A stretch of 64,000 bases of DNA from Minisyncoccota bacterium (GTDB lineage Bacteria; Patescibacteriota; Minisyncoccia; UBA6257; XYB1-36-10). The notes under the pieces are model-generated. The model was not told where the DNA came from. It ran no database searches and saw nothing but the letters and a program-made list of their open reading frames with translations. This document shows positions 17,460 to 26,933 of the stretch, piece by piece. Location: assembly GCA_041651415.1 (NCBI GenBank), contig JBAZJH010000001.1:151713-215712 (forward strand), in the 5' to 3' direction. Position 1 is the first letter of the stretch, and each line of letters begins with the position of its first letter. A program made the translations under genes and the position numbers.

Positions 17460-19112
17460 ATGAAAACCAGATTCGCTTTAATAATTTTTTCTTTCACTCT
17501 TTTTTATCTGATTCTCGTTTTTAATTTATATACAATACAAGTTAAAAAAGGGGATCTTTATACGGCAAGAGCCGAGTCGCAAATTTCTTCAAAAGATTTA
17601 ACGGCGGCAAGAGGCAGTATTTATTTTTCCGACAAAGACGGCAATTTTATTCCGGCGGCGATAGAAAAAAAATATTACGAAATTTATGCCGTGCCGACAG
17701 AGATAGAGGACGCGGCGGAAGCGGCGGAAACGCTTTCGCCGGTTTTTGACATAGAAAAAGAGGAATTACTAAGAATGTTCAGCAAAGAAAAAGACCAGTA
17801 TGAACTTTTAAAAAGCAGAGTGGCGGAAGAAGATTTGGCGTCTTACTCCGAAGCGGAAAATGTGAAAGGAATATATAAAAAAGCCGAGCCGAGCCGATTT
17901 TATCCTTTAGAGAAAATCGGAGCGCATATTTTGGGGTATACAAGTTTTGATGAAGAAACTTCCATGCTTTCGGGAAAATACGGAGCGGAGTCTTATTTTA
18001 ACGAATTATTATCGGGAGAAAACGGAGGGGCGGAAGGAGACAAAACAAAGAGGCCGATAGCCGGAGAAGATTTATTTTTAACCATAGACAGAAATATCCA
18101 ATATCAGGCGGAAGAAATTTTGGAGAAATTAGTCAGTAACTATAAAGGAAAGAGCGGAAGTGTTTTAGTGGAAGACCCGAAAACCGGAAGAATTTTAGCC
18201 ATGGCAAGCATTCCCAGTTTTGACCCGAACAGCTATTCAAAATATCCGATAGAAAATTTTTTGAATCCGAGCGTCCAATCAATTTATGAACCGGGTTCAA
18301 TTTTTAAAATTTTTACCATGGCGGCGGGGCTGGACAGCGGAGCGGTAACGCCGGAAACAACTTATTACGATTCAGGAGAGGTGAAAATGAACGGACGGAC
18401 GATAAAAAATTGGGATTTGAAAGCGCATGGCACGCAAACGATGACAAATGTGATTGAGCAGTCTTTGAATACGGGAATGGTTTTTGTGGAAAAACAAATC
18501 GGGCATTCCAAATTTTTGGAATATATGAACACTTTCGGCTTTGACGAGAAAACCGAAATAACTTTGCCGGGAGAAGTGGCGGGGACCTTTGGAAATTTGG
18601 AAAAAAATCCGCAGGACATAAATTTTGCGACAGCTTCTTTCGGGCAAGGAGTTTCTCTGACGCCAATCGGACTTTTGCGGGGAGTGTCGGCAATCGCGAA
18701 TGGCGGAGTTTTAATCAAACCGACTGTAAACGCAAGAGACGGAATAAAAGAAGAGGGAGCGGCGGTTGGAAAAGACGCGGCGAAAAAAATAACAGAGATG
18801 ATGGTTTCAGCAGTGGAAAAAGCTCAAGTCGCGGCGATTTCCGGTTATAACGTGGCGGGAAAAACCGGAACGGCCCAAGTGCCTAATTTTAAAAAGGGAG
18901 GATATACGGACGAAGTGATAAACACTTATTCGGGATTCGCTCCGGCTTTTGACCCGAGATTCGTTATTTTGATAAAACTGGACGAACCGGTCGGAGCGCC
19001 GCTTGCCGGACAAACCGTGGTGCCGGCTTTTCGCGAACTGGCGGAATTCATTTTAAATTATTATAATATTCCGCCGGACAAAGAAACGGAGAAAAATAAA
19101 ACAAATGATTAG
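17460..19112 (+). CDS. ftsI: Class B penicillin-binding protein (FtsI-like)
   Basis: RGSIY, YEPGSIFK (SxxK), SLN (SxN), GKTGTAQ (KTG); dcw position. Confidence 0.85.
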   Translation: MKTRFALIIFSFTLFYLILVFNLYTIQVKKGDLYTARAESQISSKDLTAARGSIYFSDKDGNFIPAAIEKKYYEIYAVPTEIEDAAEAAETLSPVFDIEKEELLRMFSKEKDQYELLKSRVAEEDLASYSEAENVKGIYKKAEPSRFYPLEKIGAHILGYTSFDEETSMLSGKYGAESYFNELLSGENGGAEGDKTKRPIAGEDLFLTIDRNIQYQAEEILEKLVSNYKGKSGSVLVEDPKTGRILAMASIPSFDPNSYSKYPIENFLNPSVQSIYEPGSIFKIFTMAAGLDSGAVTPETTYYDSGEVKMNGRTIKNWDLKAHGTQTMTNVIEQSLNTGMVFVEKQIGHSKFLEYMNTFGFDEKTEITLPGEVAGTFGNLEKNPQDINFATASFGQGVSLTPIGLLRGVSAIANGGVLIKPTVNARDGIKEEGAAVGKDAAKKITEMMVSAVEKAQVAAISGYNVAGKTGTAQVPNFKKGGYTDEVINTYSGFAPAFDPRFVILIKLDEPVGAPLAGQTVVPAFRELAEFILNYYNIPPDKETEKNKTND

Positions 19113-20346
19113 AACAACATTGCGGATTCTCGCAAAAAACACCATAAAAAAGTACCAGCCGGAAATAATCGGGGTAGCGGGCGGAGTGGGAAAGACTTCT
19201 GCTATGGAAGCCATTTTTTTAGTTTTAAAGCAACAGAAAAGAACGAGAATAATGAAAAACTTTGAAGACGCGGAACTTTCGGCTCTTCTTGCTATTTTGG
19301 GAGGAGAAAAAAAATCTTTTCTCGCAATTGTTTCTTTAATATTTCTTTCGGTCTTCCGGCTTATTTTTAAATCTTCTTCCTATCCGGAAGTTTTGATTTT
19401 GGAATACGAAAGCGGCAGAGAAAAAAATCTGAAAAAAATTTTGCTTTTTGCCCGGCCGAATATCGCTGTTGTTACGGCTTTTGGGGAAATTCCACCCGGA
19501 ACGGAATTTTTTCCCAATCCGCAGGCGGCGATGAGAGAAAAAGGGAAAATAGTGGAACATCTTCCGGCTTCCGGTTTTGCGATTTTAAATTATGACGACC
19601 CGGAGGTTTTTAAAATGAAAGAACGGACGAAAGGAAAAATCTTAACTTACGGATTTAAAAAAGGAGCGGATATTTTGGTTTCCGGTTTGGAAAATAAAGA
19701 AGACGAGGAGGGGCCAAAAGGAATTTCATTTAAAATAGGCGACAGGGAAACATTCGTGCCAGTGAGAATAAACGGAACAGCCGGAAAAACGCAAGCATAT
19801 GCCGCGGCGGCGGGAGCGGCGGTCGGATTGATTTTAAGCGTAAATTTAGTTAAGATTTCTCAAGCATTATCTTCTTTTTCTCCGTCAAAAGGCAGGATGA
19901 AAATAGTGAAAGGAATAAAGAAAACCTTTATTTTGGACGATACTTATGAATCTTCGCCATTGTCGCTTTCTTCGGCTCTTGAAACTTTAAAAAAACTTTC
20001 AGCGAAAAGAAAAATTGCGGTTTTAGGAGATATGACGGAAATCGGAAGATATTCCATAGAAGCGCATGAGGAAGCGGGAAGAAAAGCGGCGAAGGCGGCG
20101 AATATTGTGATAACCGCAGGAGCGCGTTCAAAATTTATAGCGGAAGCGGCGATAAAAGCGGGGATGCCGAAAAAGAATATTTTTTCTTTTGAAGATTTAT
20201 ATCAAGCAGGAAAGAAAACGCAGGAAGTTTTGAAGGAAGGGGATTTAGTTTTGATAAAAGGAGGAAAAGAGCTGAAAATGGAAAAGGCGGTGGAAGAAAT
20301 AATGATGGAACCGATGAAAGCCAGAGAATTGATTTTGCAAAGATAA
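19105..20346 (+). CDS. murF: Mur ligase, MurF-like
   Basis: GVAGGVGKTS P-loop, LNYDD, GRM, DDTY, AVLGDMTEIG, LIKG. Confidence 0.8.
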   Translation: MIRTTLRILAKNTIKKYQPEIIGVAGGVGKTSAMEAIFLVLKQQKRTRIMKNFEDAELSALLAILGGEKKSFLAIVSLIFLSVFRLIFKSSSYPEVLILEYESGREKNLKKILLFARPNIAVVTAFGEIPPGTEFFPNPQAAMREKGKIVEHLPASGFAILNYDDPEVFKMKERTKGKILTYGFKKGADILVSGLENKEDEEGPKGISFKIGDRETFVPVRINGTAGKTQAYAAAAGAAVGLILSVNLVKISQALSSFSPSKGRMKIVKGIKKTFILDDTYESSPLSLSSALETLKKLSAKRKIAVLGDMTEIGRYSIEAHEEAGRKAAKAANIVITAGARSKFIAEAAIKAGMPKKNIFSFEDLYQAGKKTQEVLKEGDLVLIKGGKELKMEKAVEEIMMEPMKARELILQR

Positions 20347-20371
20347 TTTACTTCTTAAAGAGGATTATAAA

Positions 20372-20443
20372 GGCCCTTTCGTCTAGCGGCTAGGACACGG
20401 CCCTCTCACGGCCGGAACACGGGTTCGATTCCCGTAGGGGTCA
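20372..20443 (+). tRNA. tRNA-Glu(CTC)
   Basis: Cloverleaf; anticodon arm CGGCC-CT-CTC-AC-GGCCG; GGTTCGATTCC T-arm. Confidence 0.95.
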
Positions 20444-20484
20444 CAAATTTATGTTACGAAGTACGAAGTGGGTATGTTTTGTTT

Positions 20485-21144
20485 TCATTTAATAAAATGG
20501 AAAGAGGAAAGGATCTGTCGTCCGATTTCAAAATCCTCTGCATTTATTATATGAATATATCCTTTTCCATACTTTGCATATTCAATAAAATAGGTTCTAG
20601 TTCTTGAAATCTTGCCATAATCATAATCAACGATGACTTCTAGTGAGTTTATATTATTTTCGTTTTTTACTTCTTTGATTGAGACTAATTTACCACTTTC
20701 TTGCCAAAAATCCCACGCCTGCGTTTCTTCTATATATTGCCTTAGAGTCAGAGATTTATATTTATCCTCAAAATACCGAACAGTTAAATATATATATGTA
20801 CCATTATACGGGTCCATATCCTTACTCCGTAATGTTATATTAGAATTATCATTAACAATTTCTATTTTATTATTAGGATCACTAAAGCTAAACTCAATTC
20901 CCCAATAATCATTATGGTATATTTTTACTCCAGAATCTGACATTGTTACCTCTCCCTGATAAATTTTGTTTATATTACCAAAAATCGGGGCATAATTTTT
21001 CTCGTTATTTTCTATATTACTTTCTAAACTTTTTTCGTTTTCTGTCTCTTCTTTATTAATATTAATTCCTTTCTGCCAATAACCCCATCCCAAAACAGCC
21101 AAAACAACACAAGCTAAGACAATAAGAGATGATTTCGTAGACAT
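20485..21144 (-). CDS. Membrane-anchored hypothetical protein (PsbP-like fold possible)
   Basis: N-terminal TM; YHNDYWGIEFSF and terminal QILSSFHFIK pattern. Confidence 0.7.
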   Translation of the reverse strand: MSTKSSLIVLACVVLAVLGWGYWQKGININKEETENEKSLESNIENNEKNYAPIFGNINKIYQGEVTMSDSGVKIYHNDYWGIEFSFSDPNNKIEIVNDNSNITLRSKDMDPYNGTYIYLTVRYFEDKYKSLTLRQYIEETQAWDFWQESGKLVSIKEVKNENNINSLEVIVDYDYGKISRTRTYFIEYAKYGKGYIHIINAEDFEIGRQILSSFHFIK

Positions 21145-21292
21145 AAATCCGTATATATTTATTAATTTCAATTCTTATGTTTATCATAAAACATCTAACC
21201 AAATTTTAAAAATTAGAAAGGAAATTTTTTTACAAATAAAAACCCTGCATATTAAAGCAGGGGAAGACATAAATACATATAGATTGGCATAT

Positions 21293-21376
21293 TCATCGTT
21301 TTTTTGATCGAGTTAACCACATCATAAAACCAACAACAGTCGTAAATGTTAACAATCCAACCATGTTCTCAATCAT
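21293..21376 (-). CDS. Putative 27-aa single-TM microprotein (MIENMVGLLTFTTVVGFMMWLTRSKKR)
   Basis: GAAGGAG SD 8 nt upstream; hairpin CCCTGC..GCAGGG downstream at ~21243-21262. Confidence 0.45.
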   Translation of the reverse strand: MIENMVGLLTFTTVVGFMMWLTRSKKR

Positions 21377-21527
21377 CTTTTTTACTCCTTCTCTTTATAA
21401 AAAGTTATTAAATTATTCTTCTTTTATATTATACGATTTTTAATTTCAAAGCTATTTTTTTGTTTTTTAAAATTCAATCTTCTGCTATAATAAACAGGTA
21501 AAGTACTTAGAATTAAAAAAATAAAAA

Positions 21528-22301
21528 ATGGGAGAAAATAATAAAGATTTTTTAGTTCGGCCGGCGGCAATTTTGGGAATTTCAATTATCGTCGGAACTT
21601 TTCTTTGGTCCAGTTATTTTTATAAAACTAAATCAATAGAAAACGCCATTACGGTGACGGGGAGTTCGGAGCGGATGATAAGTTCCGATACGGCGAGATG
21701 GTCTTCAAACTTTTCGAGGTCTGTCGGGGCAGGCGGGCTTAATGCCGGAAGCGCGGAAATGAAAAAAGATTTAGAGGCGGTTATCGCTTATTTCAAAAGC
21801 CAAGGATTAACTGATGCGGAAATTACCGTTCAGCCGGTTTCTGTGAGTTCGACTTGTGATGAAACCAACAATTATATGTATGATAAATTCGGGGGAAGAT
21901 TGTGCAGCGCCGACCGCATTTCCGGATATTCTTTTCAGCAGTCCATTGTTGTTCAATCGACGGACGTCGCAAAAATCACCAAGCTGGCGCAGGATTCGGT
22001 TAATTACCTAACCACCCGAGGCATCATCTTCTCCAGCCAGAATTTGGATTATTTTTACAGCAAGCTTTCTGACCTGAAAATAGAAATGCTGGCAGAAGCG
22101 ACAGTGAACGCAAGAGAGCGGGCTAAAAATATCGCCGAAAGCTCCGGCGGAAAACTGGGAGCTCTGAAGAGCGCGAGCCAAGGAGTTTTCCAAATAACCC
22201 AGCCGAACTCCATTGAAGTTTCCGATTATGGCATGTATGACACTTCCACGATTGAAAAGAAGATCACGGCGGTGGCGAGAGTTTCTTTCTTAGTTAAATA
22301 A
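21528..22301 (+). CDS. SIMPL (DUF541) domain protein
   Basis: N-terminal TM, ITVTGSSER, A..NARERA..IA...G..LG pattern. Confidence 0.85.
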   Translation: MGENNKDFLVRPAAILGISIIVGTFLWSSYFYKTKSIENAITVTGSSERMISSDTARWSSNFSRSVGAGGLNAGSAEMKKDLEAVIAYFKSQGLTDAEITVQPVSVSSTCDETNNYMYDKFGGRLCSADRISGYSFQQSIVVQSTDVAKITKLAQDSVNYLTTRGIIFSSQNLDYFYSKLSDLKIEMLAEATVNARERAKNIAESSGGKLGALKSASQGVFQITQPNSIEVSDYGMYDTSTIEKKITAVARVSFLVK

Positions 22302-22356
22302 AGCGGAGATTAAAAAAATTTCCCCTCGATATTATCGGGGGGATTTTTTGTAAGGA

Positions 22357-22869
22357 TTAAATAAGAATATTATCTACGGGAAAGAAAAAGCAGGAATAAA
22401 GAGGTTCGTCAAATTCAATCTTTCGGTTCTTATAACCTTTTGAGGCATATACCCGGAGATGTCCATCCCAAGGTTGTATCTCTAGTAATACACCTCCTTC
22501 AAGCAGAAAATAAGATGATTCATTATTATTTTTTCTTATTATCACTCTTTCTTTGCAAAAAGGTTTTGTTTCTTTTTTACAGAGATAAGCAATCTGGTGT
22601 TGAGTAAAACAAACACTCAAATGAGAAGGAAAATTAAAGATTTCTCCAAAACAGACTTCTCTCCCTGCGTTCGGATTCAATTTATACATAGAAACGATAG
22701 TTTCTAGAGTTGATTCTGAAGAATGAGATAATCCTTCATCCCTAAACCATTCGATAGGACAAAGTCTTTCTCCAAAAATGCCGGAAGAATATAATGTTTC
22801 TTCTCCGGAAAGCGGCGGTAGAACAATTTTATTCATAGTTTTCATCAAGACATCTTTGCCGGTTCTCAT
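22357..22869 (-). CDS. Hypothetical protein (ORFan cassette)
   Basis: 170-aa ORF; AAAAGGAG SD; TTGACT -35 at 22937-22942; convergent terminator ~22321-22349. Confidence 0.75.
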   Translation of the reverse strand: MRTGKDVLMKTMNKIVLPPLSGEETLYSSGIFGERLCPIEWFRDEGLSHSSESTLETIVSMYKLNPNAGREVCFGEIFNFPSHLSVCFTQHQIAYLCKKETKPFCKERVIIRKNNNESSYFLLEGGVLLEIQPWDGHLRVYASKGYKNRKIEFDEPLYSCFFFPVDNILI

Positions 22870-22994
22870 TTTTAACGCTCCTTTTTAAAAAGAATTTCAA
22901 ATTTCTGCCATAGCTTTACCACAACTGTCTTATTGAAGTCAATAACGGCTTGCTGTTATAATAAAAAAGTCCTTAAAATTAAAAAAATAAAAAA

Positions 22995-23765
22995 ATGAGC
23001 GAAGCAGTAAAAAAATATTTAGGGTGGGCGGGGATTTTTGCCTTAATTTTAGTCGGTTATTCTTCTTATAAATATGCGAGCGTTTATGACCGCTCGATAA
23101 GTTCGCCAAGAAGCTTTTCCGTAACCGGAGAAGGAAAGTCGGTGGTGATTCCAGACGTGGCGGAATTCAGCTTTAGCGTGATAACGGAAGGCGGAAAAGA
23201 AGTAGCGGATTTACAGAGCAAAAACACGGAAAAAGTGAATGCGGCCATCGCTTTCTTGAAAGAATCGGGAATAGAAGCAAAAGACATTAAAACGGAAGGA
23301 TATGGCATCAATCCGAGATATAAAAATAATGATTATCGCGTGTTAAGCAGTTCAAGCTTGCCGCCGGAAATCGTCGGATACACGATAACGCAAACAGTTT
23401 CCGTGAAAGTGAGAGATTTTTCCAAAACGGGAGATATTCTTTCGGGAGTGGTGAAAGCGGGCGCCAATTCGGTTTCCAGTTTGAGTTTCACGATAGACGA
23501 CCCGACAGTCGCTCAAAATGAAGCAAGGAAAGAAGCGATAGAAAAAGCGGAGAAGAAGGCGAAAGAAATGGCAAAAGCGGCTGGGTTCAGATTGGGAGAT
23601 TTAGTTTCGATAAACGACAGCAATTATTATCCTTATTACGCCAAAACAATGAGCGCGTCATCTTACGGAATGGGCGAAGATATAGCGCTTGAATCAGCTC
23701 CTATTATTGAAGCCGGATCGCAGGAAGTAACGGTTAATGTCAATTTAGTTTACGAGATACGGTAA
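22995..23765 (+). CDS. SIMPL (DUF541) domain protein
   Basis: FSVTGEGKSVVIPD, GYTITQTVSVKVRD, AGAN motifs. Confidence 0.9.
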   Translation: MSEAVKKYLGWAGIFALILVGYSSYKYASVYDRSISSPRSFSVTGEGKSVVIPDVAEFSFSVITEGGKEVADLQSKNTEKVNAAIAFLKESGIEAKDIKTEGYGINPRYKNNDYRVLSSSSLPPEIVGYTITQTVSVKVRDFSKTGDILSGVVKAGANSVSSLSFTIDDPTVAQNEARKEAIEKAEKKAKEMAKAAGFRLGDLVSINDSNYYPYYAKTMSASSYGMGEDIALESAPIIEAGSQEVTVNVNLVYEIR

Positions 23766-23798
23766 AAAAGAAAGAAAAGATAAAAAAGAAAAGCTCCG

Positions 23799-24122
23799 TT
23801 ATTGCGGAGCTTTTTTGCATATTGATTTTAAAAACAGGAAAAAACAAAGAAGAAAAATGGCCGGGCTGAGATTTTCTAAAATCTCAATTAAATTTCCCAA
23901 AATTCCGATCAGAAAATAATCCGGAGGAGATAAAAAAGAAAGAGAAAGATAACCTCCGGCGAGAAAAGCAAGCTCATTCGGTTTTTCTTCAATTGTTCTT
24001 TTTTCCTCCGGCTCCCTTTCAAATACATAAATCGAAAGAACTTCCAGAAAAATTAAAATACCTAAAAAAATATCTGAAACCGCAATAACTGAACAAAGAC
24101 AAATAAAGAGCATTTCTAACAT
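23799..24122 (-). CDS. Hypothetical membrane protein (ORFan cassette)
   Basis: Hydrophobic ORF; AAAAAGGAGG SD; TTGACG-17-TAATCT promoter at 24186-24214. Confidence 0.65.
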   Translation of the reverse strand: MLEMLFICLCSVIAVSDIFLGILIFLEVLSIYVFEREPEEKRTIEEKPNELAFLAGGYLSLSFLSPPDYFLIGILGNLIEILENLSPAIFLLCFFLFLKSICKKAPQ

Positions 24123-24298
24123 AAGGCATAACCTCCTTTTTGCCATTCGCCAATTGACGGAGACATATTTTTAAGAACTGCCGAAAGATTAAACTTCTTT
24201 TTATTTTTCGTCAATAAAAATTTCATTTTGTTTTAATTAAATTTTTGTTAGAATAAGAAGAAAGGCAGCTCCTCGACACGAGCTCGGAGAATAATAAA

Positions 24299-25006
24299 AT
24301 GAAAACAATAATATTCAATTGGAAGATGAATCCGGAAACGGCAGAAGAAGCCGTGAAAATATTCAAAGCGGAAAGTTCGGCATTGGGAGAAAAAAAAATA
24401 AAAATAATGGCGGCTCCGCCCTTTGTCTATTTGGATAAGCTTTCCAAAATAAAATCAAAAGTGGAACTCGCAGGGCAAAATTTGTTTTTTGAGGAGAAAG
24501 GAGCGTTTACCGGCGAAGTGTCGGCCAAAATGCTTAAAAATTTTAATGTGAAAGCGGTGATTATCGGGCATTCGGAAAGAAGGGCTCTCGGGGAAACCGA
24601 TGAGGCGGTAAACAAAAAAATAAAAGCGGCTTTAAAGGAAGGGATAAAGGCGGTGGTGTGCGTGGGAGAAAAGAAAGAGGGGAAGGCGGCGGAAAGTTTC
24701 GTTTTAAGCCAAATTAAAAAAGCTTTTGAGGGAATTGATTTAAAAAAAGAAAGAAAAAATATTTTAGTCGCTTATGAGCCGATTTTTGCTATCGGCACGG
24801 GGAAAAGCGCGACTGCGGAATATGCTTCCAAAATAGCTTCGGCTATTAAAAAAGAGATTGGAGAAATGCCGGTTCTTTACGGCGGTTCAGTAAACGGAAA
24901 AAACATAGAATCATTTTTAAAAGCAAAAAATATAGACGGGGCGCTGGTCGGCGGAGCCAGCTTAAAAATCGAGGAAACAAAAGAAATAATCGAAAAAGCA
25001 AAATGA
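24299..25006 (+). CDS. tpiA: Triosephosphate isomerase
   Basis: NWKMN, GAFTGEVS, IGHSERR, AYEPIFAIGTG, LYGGSV, LVGGAS. Confidence 0.97.
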   Translation: MKTIIFNWKMNPETAEEAVKIFKAESSALGEKKIKIMAAPPFVYLDKLSKIKSKVELAGQNLFFEEKGAFTGEVSAKMLKNFNVKAVIIGHSERRALGETDEAVNKKIKAALKEGIKAVVCVGEKKEGKAAESFVLSQIKKAFEGIDLKKERKNILVAYEPIFAIGTGKSATAEYASKIASAIKKEIGEMPVLYGGSVNGKNIESFLKAKNIDGALVGGASLKIEETKEIIEKAK

Positions 25007-25677
25007 AAGAAACGGAAAAGATATTTTTAACAACCGCAGACGGAAAAAAGATTGCCGGGATTTTTAGAAAACCGGAAAATCCTTCTTTTTGGGCGATTTT
25101 AATCCATATGCGCCCGGCGACCAAAGAATCATGGGATGAATTTGCCGGAGAACTTTTCAATAAAAATATCGCGTCTTTAGCTATAGACCTGCGAGGACAC
25201 GGGGAATCGGATAACGGGCCGGACGGATATTTAAAAAGCGAAAACGATTCGGAAAATATTTATGATTTAGAAAGCGCGGATGAGTTTTTAAGAAGCAAAG
25301 GAGCGGAGCCGAAAAATATCGTTTTTATAGGCGCTTCTATCGGAGCTAATCTGTCTTTAAAATTTTTAAGCGAAAATAAATATTTTAAAACAGCCATTCT
25401 TTTTTCTCCCGGATTAAATTATAGAGGAGTATCAGGAGAAGAAGCGGCTGAAAAAATAAGTTCCGGACAAAGAGTTCTTTTCATATCCAGCCGTGATGAC
25501 GATAGGGTCTTGGGAAATGAGTCGGAGACGCAAAAACTCTTTGACTTGGTTCCTCTTGATGCGGAAAAAGAAATCGTGGTTTATGAAAAAGGAGGACATG
25601 GCACGCAAATTTTAAAAACGGAAGAGTTGCCGGAAATAAAAGAAACAATCATTAATTTTATAATTAAAGAAAAATAA
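25003..25677 (+). CDS. Alpha/beta hydrolase
   Basis: DLRGHGES, GASIG nucleophile elbow, GHG. Confidence 0.9.
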   Translation: MKETEKIFLTTADGKKIAGIFRKPENPSFWAILIHMRPATKESWDEFAGELFNKNIASLAIDLRGHGESDNGPDGYLKSENDSENIYDLESADEFLRSKGAEPKNIVFIGASIGANLSLKFLSENKYFKTAILFSPGLNYRGVSGEEAAEKISSGQRVLFISSRDDDRVLGNESETQKLFDLVPLDAEKEIVVYEKGGHGTQILKTEELPEIKETIINFIIKEK

Positions 25678-25685
25678 AAAAATAA

Positions 25686-26150
25686 ATGAAGCTTTTAAAG
25701 CAAGTTTTTAAGTTTGTTTTGGTTGGCGGATTGAATACGGGAATAGATATCGGCATTCTGACTTTTTTAATGAAAATAAGCGGAATAACCGGAGGATATT
25801 CTTATGCCGTTTTTAAGGCATTTTCATCTCTTATAGCCATAACAAACAGTTATTTTTTAAACAAAAGATGGACATTCAGAGATAAAAGCCAGGAAAATTT
25901 AGAGCAGGCAAGCCAGTTCTTTTTTGTGAGCGGAATAGGGCTTTTGATAAACGTGGCGGCGGCATCACTCGTAAATAATTTCGTTCTGCCGATTGAACCG
26001 TTAATCGCTTTTATTAACTTCTTCCTTAATCTAGTTGGAATAACTCTTAATAGCAACGAAATTTGGGGGGTGCTGTCGGCTGCAGCCGGTTCAATTTCCG
26101 GATTGGGATGGAATTTTCTCGGATATAAATTTTTCATTTTTAAGAAATAA
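25686..26150 (+). CDS. GtrA-family flippase-like protein
   Basis: KFVLVGGLNTGID, NSYFLNKRWTF, WNFLGYKFFIF. Confidence 0.9.
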   Translation: MKLLKQVFKFVLVGGLNTGIDIGILTFLMKISGITGGYSYAVFKAFSSLIAITNSYFLNKRWTFRDKSQENLEQASQFFFVSGIGLLINVAAASLVNNFVLPIEPLIAFINFFLNLVGITLNSNEIWGVLSAAAGSISGLGWNFLGYKFFIFKK

Positions 26151-26183
26151 ATCGAGAAAGCAGTTATCAACAAGAACAAACTA

Positions 26184-26428
26184 TTGACAGATGATGTTTT
26201 TGGAGCTATACTTGCCTTATTGAATGAGTGGAAAGCGGATTTAGGCGATTTTCGACCCAAATCCATTTTACTTCATTTGTTTGGCTAAAAGCCCCGCTTG
26301 CGGGGTTTTTAGTTTTTTGGTAGCATATTTGAAAGGCCTCGGAAGCGGCCGTAAGGAGAGCACTCATTCAATAACAAACAAAATGGAGGTCACCACTTAC
26401 AGCCGCTTCGGGGGCCTTTTATTTTTTT
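26184..26428 (+). ncRNA. Putative structured RNA locus with own promoter
   Basis: TTGACA-17-TATACT promoter; two hairpin+T-run units; long-range complementary segments (see findings). Confidence 0.5.
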
Positions 26429-26513
26429 AACAACTATTGACGAGAAGAAAAAGTTATGTATAATTTTATCAGAAGTTTTAAATACATTCCCTAAAAGGAA
26501 AAGGAGAAAGACG

Positions 26514-26867
26514 ATGAAAAGAATAGTAGGAATGTCTTTATTTATGTCTTTGATTGTTGTGTCGGTTTTATTGGGAAATTTTGTTTCTCATAAAATCAAT
26601 TGCTGGGCGGAGTTCGGAGGAGAATGGAGAAAAGAGGTAGTTCTTTCAATGCAATTAATGGATTTCATGCAATCTGGGGGTGGTCCGGCCGGTCCAACAG
26701 AAAATTATTTTGCTTGGGCTTACGCAAAAAAGATTTTATCTCCGCGACCGTGGTGGCATCATGTTTTATTCCCCACCGGTTTAGTTTTTCAACCTTTTGG
26801 ATATTGGACAGTTCCGGAAAAGGAATTTCATCATCCGGCACTTGTTTCTTTTATTGAAAAACCTTAA
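26514..26867 (+). CDS. Hypothetical membrane-anchored protein (ORFan cassette)
   Basis: AAAAGGAG SD; TTGACG-16-TATAAT promoter; terminator hairpin 26901-26926. Confidence 0.7.
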   Translation: MKRIVGMSLFMSLIVVSVLLGNFVSHKINCWAEFGGEWRKEVVLSMQLMDFMQSGGGPAGPTENYFAWAYAKKILSPRPWWHHVLFPTGLVFQPFGYWTVPEKEFHHPALVSFIEKP

Positions 26868-26933
26868 CAAAAAAAGGAGAGGTTCGTTAATAAAACAAAA
26901 GCGCCGTCTTTCTAAAGAAAGGCGGCATTTTAT

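Noticed and set aside
26217-26420. raiA-motif RNA or a known riboswitch
   Set aside because: 1.6 kb from raiA and I could not match conserved nucleotides of the raiA motif or common riboswitches; left as unknown
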